A stretch of DNA of 61,781 nt, counting the filler, from Sphacelaria rigidula (Eukaryota): the NCBI GenBank assembly GCA_964200075.2. It is 8 parts of 8 records of this genome, joined end to end, with 100 filler letters (N's around TTAATTAATTAA, not from the genome) between each part and the next. Parts side by side here need not be neighbours in the genome. Positions count along the whole stretch, not along the records: positions 30,942 to 38,576 come from CAXNAA020014003.1; positions 38,677 to 46,311 come from CAXNAA020014004.1; positions 46,412 to 54,046 come from CAXNAA020014005.1; 5 more parts are not named here. One strand, written 5' to 3'. How positions within the stretch are numbered: position 1 is the first letter of the stretch; each line of letters opens with the position of its first letter. The notes beneath the pieces are model-generated. The model was not told the origin of the DNA. It worked only from the letters and a program-made list of their open reading frames with translations, and searched no databases. This document shows positions 36,977 through 49,700 of the stretch, piece after piece. A program made the translations under genes and the position numbers.

Positions 36977-38859
36977 TGCAAGATTTTACAAGCCTCTCGG
37001 CTTCGCATGACAGTAGAAACTGGACCCAGACACGCGGTGTCTCGATCTTCCCACCACTCAAGGTGCCGTTTTGGATCCAGAGTATCTAAGTAAAATGTAG
37101 AGAGTGGCATTACCCATCAAGTGGACTGGACCGTGTCTGCTGAATCTAGCATGAACGCGTCCGTTCACCGTCCAGTGGGTGACAAGCCGTTGTATTTGGT
37201 CTCTTGTGCCGACTAAGCTGGGCTCACATCCATATAGTAGGGTATATGTCCCACGTTACAAACCCTTCTGACCACCATACAGAACACGCAATGCGCCCAT
37301 ACAAGCCAGACAGTTCTGACAAAACACACAACACGTTGTACTGGGTCGGATTTCTCGATGCCAGTGACCACGGGGTCGATGTCATGCACTTGCGGCGATG
37401 TGAGGCACACATTAGTGGGATCTGATGCGTGTAATACGGAGAATATAGGTAGATCTACCGAGGTTTCCGGCGAGAAATCATTTTGTAACGGTTAGGGCAC
37501 ATCATGCGTGCAGGCGCCCAGGTTTGAGAATTGCTGGAGAATATTCCAAGCGGTTGGTCATGATCTAGTGCAGCCTGGTCTCACATGCACAGTAGGAAAC
37601 GCCGCTCCACAGTGAAAATTGACGCAGAGGACGCTTACTTGTGTTACAGCGCGATGGAGTCCTTACGATGATCGGAAAAAATCATGCCGTGGAGTCGGCG
37701 GTGGGAACCTCAGGAAAATAGCGGTTTTGAAATGACTCGCGGCCTTTGAAGCTTCAAGTCAGTGACAGATCCTACACAGAGAAACCTGCGGCGCGCAGAG
37801 AATCTTGATGCCTCCAACATCTGGACACCCGGACTATTTGACAAAGAGGTAGGATGCAAGGAGCATACTTTACAGGAAGGGGTGGAATATGACAGTGATG
37901 CTACAATCGGGGGGGGGGGGGGGGGCTCATTAGCTTGAATGCCATAGTCGTAAGACCATTGACCGGGTATTCCTACAAAGCCGGGACGGAGCACGCCGGG
38001 TTTTCGCCAGACCAGGCTCGCAATCCATCACCAAGCGCGAAGTACCGTGATGTGTCCGGTGAGTCGCATGAAGGGTGAGCTTCTTACCCGCTGAGATTGT
38101 TCGGCCCGAAGCGCACTGATCATCTTGAGAATTAAATGACAGCCTCCAATGAGTTGCTTCATCGTCTGGTATCGCCACTTCCAGAGACAGCCACGGGTTA
38201 CATACTGCCTCATGGGTGTCTCACCATAAGATAGAGGGGGATAGGGGGTATTTTGGGCCATTACTTCCGCGAAATTCCACCTCAAATCGCCGTTGAAGGC
38301 AGCAATGTTTGCTCAAACGCGCATGTTACCAATAAAACACACACACACACCATCTGACGCCATTTTCACCCAACTACCAACGCACCGCGGCCCGAGTAGT
38401 TGAGTCGTCTGACACACCTATGAACCCCCGTTTCCTGTGAGATTACCCCTCCCTCCTCCCCTACCGTAGCATCACTCATGAACGCGTGTGGCTTAGGATC
38501 ACGTTCACCACAGTGCCTGGCAACTGCTGCTGGGGGGGGGGGGGGTGTACTCATGATCATGCATGCCATAGTCATCNNNNNNNNNNNNNNNNNNNNNNNN
38601 NNNNNNNNNNNNNNNNNNNNTTAATTAATTAANNNNNNNNNNNNNNNNNNNNNNNNNNNNNNNNNNNNNNNNNNNNTAACGGGTAACTCCTGCTGCGGAG
38701 GTTTGGGAAGGAAGATACTTTCGCTCTGTGTTACTCTTTCGTATCTTCCCTGCGATAGAGAAATGGGCGTTCAATCTCATTTTTTGTTTCACCCCCAAAA
38801 TGTAAAATCGGCTGTTAAATGTGTGATTGACCAGTGTCCGGTTCAAAAGTGCGTAGGTC

Positions 38860-39700
38860 AGCACAGCAATGTACAGCAGTAGCGAGTCTGCATTGTGCCC
38901 TACCGTGCGACACCGTACCGTACCGTACCGTACACTAAGCTTCACCGCACTTGCACTACTTCATTGCACTATTGGCACTACAGGGCACTTTACGGCAGTG
39001 CTGTGCAGTGTGCGGTACAGACAGTGCAGTACAGTGCAATATAGAACTTCGCAGTACATTGCGGCACGGTAGAGTACAGCTCTACCGTACAGACAGCACG
39101 GCAGCGCTTCCAAAGGACAGATGAACCCGCATGGCGAACGACTGTGCAACATGCCACCCAAGACGCCATGACCTCTCACGGACTGGCATTGAAGCCAGGT
39201 GCAACACTGCTTGTGCGCTGTACACAACGAACTATTCACACCGCGTTCTTCCCGCTGAAGCAGGCAAGAGGGAGGAGCGGTACCCAAGGCAACGTCGTGT
39301 ACCTGCCGAGCATTTAAATTTCACGCAAGAAAACAAGTGAATGCTGATACCATGGCGGCGGTAGGAAGGCCCTCTGTTTATGATGCCAAGCGTTGCTACT
39401 CTGTGACTGGTCCATTGTGATAAGCATGACAAATGTGATGGATGTCCAACTTTTGCTTATTAAGGTATATTAGTCGTGAACTGGCTTATGACGGCGGTAG
39501 TGGTGGTGGGTTCCTTTCGTTCCGTACTGAAGGCTGAAGAGACACATCAGATTTCAGTGTGGAGTGCCCCGAACAGGGCTCTGACGCTGAAAAGTTGACG
39601 CTGAAGTTTTTTCGGCGTGGAATATTTGCCGTTACTGGCTTTTCGCCCTTCCGTTCTGATCATGAAATGCGAAAATACATTCTCCCGAAATTCTTGTAGA
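38860..39700 (+). repeat. Dispersed repeat with a (GTACA/GTGCA)-rich head; second copy at ~48000-48930
   Basis: The shared core is gctgaagc.ggcaagag.gagga...ggcaacgt...gtacc.g.cgagcatt...tttcacgcaa...gaatgctgataccatggcggcg..aggaagg. Confidence 0.8.
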
Positions 39701-42700
39701 AACATCGATTCTGTGTCTCGTGTTAGTGAGTGCGTTTGAAGGGACATCCAATTCGCGCGCTGTAGTCGATGGAAGTGAGTCGGATTCCGCTGAGGGCGTG
39801 CCTCCAGAAATTATCGAGCTTTTCAGATGACCAGCGTTACACGTGCGCTTACGCGCTTCCATAATTCTGAACTGATTTGAAGATGGTCACGTTAGGCTTT
39901 ACTTTTGCCGTCTGGTTCAAGCATGTTCATGTGAGACTGACGCTCGGTTCAAGCATGGTCATGAGTGATTGTTTTTGGCAGCAACGATCGCGTGTATTTC
40001 CATACCGGCAGGAATGCATCCGCTCCATGGGGTCGGGTCCCCACGAGTCACGTCGAAATCCCTCAGGTCCGTGCAGAACGTGCCGGTTCGGGACAAAACG
40101 TGTCGTTTCGGAAGGGAGATTTCCGCTTCGCCGATATTTGTGACGGGTAAGGTTGTAAAGTTACGAACCCTTTGACGGCGAGAGGGAGTCACCCGTTGAA
40201 TCGGCATCAATTTCACCATGAAAAAGTACGCATGATCCAGATGGCCTACCCTCGCGGTCCAAAGGCTACGCGTCATCATGTTAAATTCCGGGGGAAATTA
40301 TGGTCCGGTTACCGGGTACTGTATTACATGATCCGGTTAGGGCCATCGTACATGTGTCCAGCAGAATGCACATGATCCACCGGAAATACGCGTGCCTTTT
40401 GAGGGCTCAAATATAGCGATGTGAGGGTGTTGCCTGGTTCAAAGTTGGTCACCCGAGATTTTTCCCCTTTGTGTCGTCCGATTCAAAGATGGCCATGTGA
40501 GACTGATGCGCGGTTCAGAGGTGGTCAAGTCAAGTTTTTTGTTTCAGGGGACTGGTTCAAAGATGGTCACGTGACAGCTTTTGAAAAAGCCTTGATAAAT
40601 TCTCAACACTAGTGTCCCGTATGATACTGATGATTATATCATGAATCGAGCTCGTTGACTCCGCCGTCCTTTCACCCACAGCGATCTTATTGCCGGCTTT
40701 GGCCGATAGAAAAGGGTCGATAGGCGCCCTACAATAGCCCCGCTGCCTCCTCAGATTCAGTCACTTTCGCCTGTTTCGAACACCAGCGCGTTGAGCGGTA
40801 CGATCTACTTCACCACAACCGCGAACAACATGCGCAGACAAACACCATTACCAACACAGCGGCGAACAGTAAAGCGGGCGTATAACAGGACATTCAATCG
40901 CACATCTCTACCTACGTAGAGAATGTTGTAGGGCGTGCGGTACATACCGTGTGACGCTGAGCAGAAGCGTCCGGGGGTTCGTAGACTTGGAAGGTTGAAC
41001 CATCGTTTGGTTGTTGAAATCTTCGGAAGGGTTTTTGCGCCGTCGCCACCACCTCGCTATCTCGGGGAAAGTGCCAGATAACATTTCGGAGGGCCGGCCG
41101 GGTAATGAAATGATACCCACAGTAGAGAGCGTGCAGTAAAGCACAGTGCAGTAAAGTGGCGACTACTGCTCGGTAGAGGAGGCGTCTTACAGCAGCCTTG
41201 AGGACGGTCCTTCGTCGTGAGAGAGCGGTCGCACACGATGTTTTTCAAACATCACATTCGTCGCTTCTTCGCAGACCCGCGACACGTTGGGACCTGCCTA
41301 ACGAATAGCATCGAACAAGGGGCCCTGCAAGGTACCGACTGCACACTTTAGCTGCAGTTCCAGTTCGGGGGCAGCTTATCAAGGGTGCGGAGGGGCATGT
41401 ACGTAGCAGTTGGCTTCATTCGAAAACACCAATAACCGAAGTAACTCACAGGATTACTAAAAATAATATGTGATGCCAAATTGAACTCATGACGTCGTTC
41501 ATTCCCACACCAAAATTCAGTCATGTGCTCATGAGCACGGGAGGAGGAGTAGTTGAAGGCCAAGAGTTGTAATTTAACGGTACACATCAAAGATCTGTCG
41601 AGAGAAAAAATCGGACACAGAATCCCCCCCCCCCTCTCCTGGAGAGCAATTTGTCCAGAATTGTCATGATTTTTTACATAATATATAATATGTTTTGGTG
41701 ACTTTTCGTGAGTTTTTTAGTTGTTCAAATTTTTGAAAGAAATTGATCAACAAACACTGACAAAAATTCGAAAAGTCTGGCGGGCTTCGCAGCGTTCGTG
41801 TATTTGCTTCTGCTCCTTGCCCGCCCTGTCCTGATATCCTCGGATGCCGGCGACGCGCACACACATCTATGTACAACAACACACGAGCGCATGGTAACGA
41901 CAGCCTGTATGTAGCCAAATAAGTGGCATCATTATCTTCTCATGTCTCTCGCCAAATTTGCCCGGGCTACCAGTGGTGGGTAGTCGAGGCACACGACACG
42001 GAACATGATCCTATAATAAATAATAGTTGTGTGTTCTTCTTATATTATTGGGCTTTCTTATATTTCTGGCCGACCGGATCCTGTTAATTTTCTCAAATAA
42101 TTGTCGTTTTCTTGTTCCCTCGATGTACTGCCTCCACCACCTCCTCGCTACACGTAAATTACCCAACGAAAAATACCCCCACAGATCTGCAACAGTGTCT
42201 AACTGGCGCTACGCAAAATGCTAGGTAGGGTGTGCTGCCTGAAACAGCTGTAAATCAAGAACAATCTATGTATGTATGCCGCTCCCACAAAAAGTACAGT
42301 TTTTTAGCAGGGGAGAGGGGGGGGGGAGGGGGCTAGATATATAGAGAGGGTACGTTTCTTAGTTGGGAAAGGGCTCTCTAGTCACCTAGTTTCTTGGGTA
42401 TTATAATGCCTATCTTAGGCATGTATCCGCGCTGTTTCTAATTTTCATGTGTCTTATCTTGTCGCCCCCAGTTTGAGGTGTGTTTCTTCGTCCCTTTTTC
42501 TTATTTTCCGTGAAAGATCCAGTCTAATTTTCTTGACTATTTTTTTTTCAATCGCGGGCCACAACGGTAGTGGTTGATGAACGAACTCAATTTTCTGGGT
42601 TCTCGCCGATATTTTTCTTGACTGGTGGCGACTCTAAGGCCGGGGAGGGTGTATGAGCCTCTTGCCTGCTTGCAGTACACCATACGACCGCGAAAAACAG

Positions 42701-42889
42701 TTAGACAAACTAAACAAAGAGAGAGAGAATGAGTCATATACAGGATTAGAAAATGACACATAATGATCAAGTTTAGAAAATAAGAAAATATGCGTTCATG
42801 GGTGTCACTGATTCCCCCATAGTACCGCATAGACCATTCTCGCACCTGCATATCCGCGTGTGTCCATTGCACCCCCACCTGCGCAGTTT

Positions 42890-43066
42890 ATGTTCTCTCC
42901 TACTGCCTCTCGAACAGCAACTACTTTTCTCAAAAGGATACGTGCACCGGCGGGAGTGTTGAGTGCAGCGGGTGCGGCGGCAATTTTGCATCAACAGCCA
43001 AGAGGCGTGTTCCACTCTAGCAGCACAGCAAGGATGGCCGAGAGCACTGGTGCCTTCAGTCCCAAG
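42890..43066 (+). CDS. Candidate first coding exon of a mitochondrion-targeted protein (possibly NADH-cytochrome b5 reductase, MCR1-like)
   Basis: MFSPTASRTATTFLKRIRAPAGVLSAAGAAAILHQQPRGVFHSSSTARMAESTGAFSPK is R/S/T/A-rich with no acidic residue in the first 50 aa. It is flanked by ctgcgcag| and a CCCAAG|gtacat donor. No downstream exon was recognised. Confidence 0.35.
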
Positions 43067-44567
43067 GTACATCCAGTGATTGTTCGATGTTTCAAAGCTC
43101 TTTGAGCACTGAAGACATGCAGATACCATGGATTCGCCTGGTGGGGAGTCGTCTTTTTAGGTGAAGTGGTTCTGTACTCAGTTGGCTCACTCTCTGGCAT
43201 TGGGGTTCACAGCCGACACCGAAGGGAATTGGGTACGACTGGTCTGGGCGGTGTAGATACCGGATGAGCAAGGGACCGTTCAATTTTTGAAAGCTTGGCA
43301 GCGAACAGTCCCTGTGCGTCAGTTGGAGGACAGGCAGTAACGGACTTCAGGTGTATGTGAACCGGTAAGCACCGATGGGTCTCACTACTTGCCACGTGTA
43401 TCATGCGTTTGTTGGTGTCTTGGATGAGTTGTATCGCCGAGCGGTAGTGCATACCCATGATGCACCAGGCAATCAGGTCCAGCTGGGCACCTTCATGAAG
43501 GGTGTTTGCCATCATGGCCCTTCTGCATCCATAACCATGGAGAGCACGAAGGTCGTGTATTTTGCCTGCATCCGGTTCTTGAGGGCTACTTCTCGATGTG
43601 CGCGGCACGTTTCTACTTTGTCCCGCCCGTTCCTCCTGCCATAGAACATGCGCAGACACACATCACAACAGAACAGTCAGTCTGCCTAATAATTTTTTTT
43701 AAAAAAACGAGAAAATGTGCGGGTTGACCGCGAACATGAATCATTGTACTAGTGGGGTAGTGCATCAGCCACAGTCAGCCCAAGCATATACGAAGTAGGT
43801 CGCAATTCAAATGACCCGCGCACCCACGGAGGACGCACCGGTCCAATGGGCGAAACTCTTGGTGCTAATTTCTGGTTCCGGTTCCCCAGTTGACGGTTTC
43901 CTCCCTGTCGTGGTATGACTACTCGCAGTGTTGCTCCGTTTCCGTTATCGGTGGGCAGTATAGCACCCCAAATGATGGCAGCAACGACACTTCTCCGACG
44001 CCAACAAGGATGTCGACGGGGAAGCCGTATATCCGCAGTGTAGACAGGGAGAAGAATCAAGGCGAAGAGTTCCGTGCTTGAATTTCACCATATGGTTGTC
44101 TGAACGCCGGACGCAACCGCGCTGTACCTCTATTTTAGACATGATGAGCTACCACGACGTCCCTGTAGAAAATGCGGAATAATTTAACATCAGTCGCCCC
44201 GGTGACTCAGTTTTTACCCTCAAAACCTCCTCACGGTTGGGTCGTGGGTTGGAACCTCGTACGAGTACGAGCTGGACCGGCCGTCAGTGATTTTTAAACG
44301 AAGAGTGGAGATGCTGTTGGCAACTCGAAGGGTTAGACGCTGAAATTTTGTCACATTTTCATCATGAATCTGCGCAATCCTTTGAGGGGTGCAGAGGGGA
44401 AAAGGTGGAGAAAACGGGAGTTGGGACGAGTTCAAGTTTCAGCAAAAACAGGGAAAATGCTAAAACTTCCTAAAAAAGTGATGAAAACGATGACAACGCC
44501 GCGGCACATACGGGCACTCGCGTCAACCACATCCTTGTCATTTTTCAGTCAAAAATACGTGAAATTG

Positions 44568-45011
44568 CAAGGTTGTGTTCTGTAATGTACGGTTCCCTGT
44601 TTACCCGGGGTATTTTTCCGGGTATGTACCGTACCCGACAGTTCTGTAATTTTGTAAGACTTTCATACCCTTACCCGATAGTTGTGTAAGTTCTGTACAA
44701 AACATTTACCCGACCCTGAAGGGCGGGTATACCCAAAAAGAGTCACCCGATTGCGGGTACCGGTTTTCTGTAACCCCCCCATACCGTACCCGACAGTTCT
44801 GTAAGTTCTGTACATGAACCCCGAGGGGCGGGTATACCGGAAAAGAGTTACCCTGTTGCCGATACCGGTACTCTGTAAGCCTCCCGTACTGTACCCGACA
44901 AGTTCTGTAAAGTCTTCGAGACTTCCATACCGGTACCCGATATTTCTGTAAACTGTGTACGGAATCTCATACCCTACAGAACGTACCCGTACCTTGAAGA
45001 ACACAACCTTG
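44568..45011. mobile_element. hAT-type MITE (444 bp)
   Basis: Perfect 14-bp TIR caaggttgtgttct / agaacacaaccttg. The 8-bp flanks tgaaattg and taaaattg match at 7/8 (TSD). Internal gtacccga and gttctgtaa motifs are repeated. Confidence 0.88.
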
Positions 45012-46746
45012 TAAAATTGGGCTTCACTGCTGTTGGGAGGATTTTCCCGTTGTCGGAGGCGGATGCGACCCTGCACTGAAGCTAGCCGCGCCACTCACGA
45101 TGTCGTGTTGTGTATGACTTACAGCGTCCTGCAGGAATGCTGTGCTGTGTGGCGCACAGTCTGCTGTGTGCTGCCGTCGGCCGTCAGGATCATATCTCTC
45201 CGTCAAATGGTTGCGCCGCAGGCATAGAAATGCGTTACACCATGCAAACGCCTCTTCCTTCCCGCCAAAAAATCAACAAATCAACAATAAATAAGTTATT
45301 ACGAATGACTTGATCGTTGTTTTATTAGTTGATGACAACCAATCATGAGAAAATTGATGCGATGTTGCAAGGGTCGGACTAATAATGATCCATCCGGAAA
45401 TTACTTGGTTTTAGTATTATGAGTCGACTCGTGACGACTCAATCCCCAGGCTTTATCTCGGCGTTGCAACCCAGGTACACGTAGCCCAGACATGAGGAAT
45501 GGCGCAAAAGTTGCGTGGATACGCCCTTGGATCAGCGAACAACGTGTTTCTCCCTTTTGGACCATGAGGCCGAAGAAATCGTGAATTTGGTGTTTTTAAT
45601 ACGTGATGATTTGTCTTGAGGCCGTTTTTTCCGGTTGGCTATTTTCCCTGGTATTTCGCAACATATTATGAGGAGAAAATACCGCTGAGAAAATACAAAG
45701 AGAGATGTTGACCCTAGCTTACGGTTGCAGATATATTTTTAAGGGGGTGGGTACCAAAACGGTGGGGGAATACCGAAAGTAAACGTTCAGCGGAAACCGA
45801 AGGGATGTGCAGGCCGAGCTCCCTGTATCTGTGTAAAAAAACCTGAAACGTAGACCTCCCCCGATCGCTGCTGGCCCAGCTCGCACTGTGTGCAACCTGC
45901 CATCTTCAATCTATACCACCATACTGTTGGATGCGGCAGTACAACCCACGTAAGTGTCTGCACTGCACGTCGCCCAAATAATTTTCGGCAGCTGTCGGGT
46001 GCAGCATGGCATGTGGATCCGACTTCAATCGGCAGTACTTTCGTCTGTATTGCGCGTTGTCCACATATTTCACGCTGTACGCATCATTTTTTCTACAGCC
46101 GTGCGCACTACTGTTGTGTGCAAGCTGACACATACAACTCACGTACTGCATGAGACAGCACAGACAACAGTATCCTGTTATCTCTGGGCTGGGTACTGTC
46201 TGTGCTGCAGGTTTTCAAGAGAACGAACGATGCCAATAGATCATCAGCCCCTCACGACATCTTGCGTGCGCCGGGATGGCGAAGCAAAGTTTGGTCTAGT
46301 GTGTAAACGGCNNNNNNNNNNNNNNNNNNNNNNNNNNNNNNNNNNNNNNNNNNNNTTAATTAATTAANNNNNNNNNNNNNNNNNNNNNNNNNNNNNNNNN
46401 NNNNNNNNNNNGGACAATATTTTTTTTCTTTCTTTGAGTAAATCAGATCAATTCTCCGATTATATGGACGTTGACTTTTGGTTCATCACATTTATGCCCA
46501 AATCGGGACACTCCCGCATCTCCCCCGATTTTTTTTTTTTAAATCGGGGGAGATGCGGGAGGGTCCCAATTTCACCAGAACAGTGGCGTATCGAAAATCA
46601 ACGTCCAGAAAATCGGAGAAGTGACCTGGTTTGCTCAAGCTAGTTGCCATAAAAGTGGGTCTGAGAGGTGGTTCAACAGACGACCAACTTCGGCGGTTGA
46701 GCCTTCCTCGTTCTTCGCTTAAAGCTCATGCGGGCCAACAGATTAC

Positions 46747-49700
46747 CCACCCCAATCTTCAGATTTCGACAATCTGAACCCCTCGTTCGCCCAGATGTCC
46801 GGTAGGCAGCCAGTAAGCAAGACTTTCGTCAGGATGTTCCCTCGTACTAGTTGTTCTCGGTGGAGGGGCAGCACCTGAGTGAACAAAAAGGTGTTATCAC
46901 GAAAAAGCTTCGCACGCGTTGTCGTCATTTTCGCATGAGCCGCAATCAGCAGCGTCTCATCTCATGAGAATTTTAGGGGAGGGGTTAGCAGCACAGTCAT
47001 GTCAGCAGACGTGATCGCGCTGACAGTTGAGACATGCGTAGGGCAATACATGCGGCTGTCGTAAGTTACAAAACAGCGAAACGGGTAGGCATATTTGCTG
47101 GGGGGGGAGGGGGGGAAGGGTCACTGCAGGGGGCGCGTAGGGGGTGCGTTTTGCATGGTCTTTTTCATTTGGTGGGTCGAGGAACGCGAACGAAATTATT
47201 TCAACCTCTTCGGCCAACCGGGCGAAACGAATACAAATCGGCTACACACGTTCGGGCAACGCGCTTCGAAATGCAGGTGTGAGCCGGACCTTCTGACACA
47301 AAACCCTGCTGCCCATGCGGGAGCTCGCGGCGTTGAGATTCGTGCGCTCTCGGAAGTCTCGGTGGCTTTAGTTTGTAAGCATGACACCTCAGACGCCCGT
47401 TCAACGATGTACAGATTGCTGTAGTGCGATCAAGTAGGCGAGAGCTACAACTCATGAGACAAAAGAAAATGTTTTTGCGCCCTCTGGGCATTCCGACTGT
47501 CACCTTCGCATAATAGAGCGCAGTCTCGGAACAGAGCAGGAGTTCCTTGAAGAGGGAAAGTCTCTTCCACTCCGCCCCTGTAGTTTCCAATTGGTCGTGC
47601 AGCACAGTATTATGGTCGTGCAGCACACTATTGTACCAGGTAATTCATGTCCATTATCCTCTCGTGGTTCATGTCAAAGGAACTAATACTGTGTCGAGTA
47701 ATGTTGTATTGGAACAGGTGTTCATTGATGAGGGAAAATGATGTGGCCGTCTGCTTATTCCACTCCGCTCCCGTGAGTTCAAATTGGTCATCCTACCAGG
47801 TTATGCCGATCATCCTCCGGCCGTTCATGTCGAATATCATGATTCTACAGTAGAGAGTTTCGGAAGATGTTTTTTTTTTCATCATGAAGTCAGAGTGCAG
47901 AGTGGAAGCTTCGAAACTTCGGGGTGGAAGTTGAACAGTTCATAGCGGAAGCCTATGTTCCGTGAGATGACGTGATTTTTATTGTCGCAGCGATTGGCCG
48001 CAGGTTGCCCCGCCAACTGTACGATCGACCAGCTTCCAGTTCGAAAGTGCATAGCCCACCACTGCACTGACTGCACCATATACTGCAGCACCGTACGCAC
48101 CGTACACTATGCTTTTTCACTGCACTTGCAGTACTTTAATCGACTCCGTCGCACTACAGGACGCTGTAGTTTCATGTGGCGTGGAGTACAGACAATGCAG
48201 TACAGAGAGTGCAATCCAGAACCCTACAACAGTGCATTGCGATACGGTTAACTACTGTACAGCGATACCGTTCTGTACAGAGAGTCAGTGGTGCAAACAG
48301 CAGTACAGTACAGTACGCAACACTTTCAAGCAACATCGGCATCGTGTTGATTTTTCCACATGCCACTCACAGTGGTGGTGCAAGACGTTATGATCTCTAA
48401 CGGGATGGGAATGCAGCCAGGTGTAGTACAGCTTATGCGCTGTATGTAGACTATGAATCGTTCCCACCGTCTTCTCCCAGCTGAAGCCGGCAAGAGTGAG
48501 GAACTGCACTCGGGGCAACGTGTACCCGTCGAGCATTCGAATTTTCACGCAACACAAGCAAGCGAATGCTGATACCATGGCGGCGTCAGGAAGGTCTTCT
48601 GATTGCGATGCCAAGCTTTTTTACTCTGTGAATGGCCCGTTGTGATGAGCATGGCAGTTGTGGTGGATGATGAATGTCCCACTTTGCTCCTTGTGTAAAG
48701 TGTTTTGACTCGGGGCTGGACGTGACCGTGGTTAAGGTAGGCATAGTTCTGTTTCGTTCGGCTACGAAGTCTGAATAGGAATAATGGCTTTCAGAGTGAA
48801 GAGGTGCAAACGGCACTCTGACTCTGAGGAGATCGCTCTGAGAAAAAAATCAGAGTGGAATGTGTACCGTTACGGGCTATTTTTCCTTCCCCTCTGACTT
48901 TGAGATGGGGAAAAACGTTTTCCGAAACTCCCTAGTTTTGTTTTTCTTGGGGTCAGGTGAAGTGCGCCAATCAATCAATCAAGAATATCGGGTAAGGGCC
49001 CTTCTTAACGAAGAGAAGTTTCGCCTTTTTCGAAATCCCCTTTTTGGAAAGCGACCGCTGATTGGTCGCTGCGATACCGCACCCCCTACCCCAAAACAAT
49101 CTCCTAACCGTGCATAGAAATCCCCTTCTGCTCTTCCTGAAATGATCTTTTGGAAAGGGGATTTCTTTGCACCTCGAGGGGGGACACATGTCCGGTTGAA
49201 AAGGCCGCATGCCAAGGCTGACCGAACATCTCGATACAATCAAAGCTGAACCTGAGGAAGTTGGTGGCCCCGCAAACCAAAAGCACACAGCTCGAGCCGT
49301 AGCTGCTCATCAGCTGTGAACGTTGTGCATGACCTCGCTCGAATCTGTTTGGCAATTCACTGGAAAAAGATGATTTGTGTGAGACGAGCGCACAGCACAC
49401 GCTTACAAGACGGTTAGCAACGACACAGTGGAGGTTGTTTTTGACACGCAATCAGCCACCATTCGTCCGATACAGAACGGATTTCCGTCAAACGAAGACT
49501 GCCGTGCGTAGATTAGAAAAGGCCAGGGGTGAAACTGATGCGCGTGAGTGGTGGGCGTCTGTGCGTGTTTCTCCGGGGGTTTGGGTGTAGGTGTTGTGTG
49601 TGTGCTGCCTTGTTGCGTGTTGCCTGCAGCATTACACAGACCTTGGACTAACCATCACTTCCAGACCCCCGCATTTCTGAACCTGGGTGCAGATCTGAAG

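Noticed and set aside
44060..44081. EFRA peptide as the next exon after AFSPK
   Set aside because: There is no in-phase acceptor and a stop codon follows immediately.
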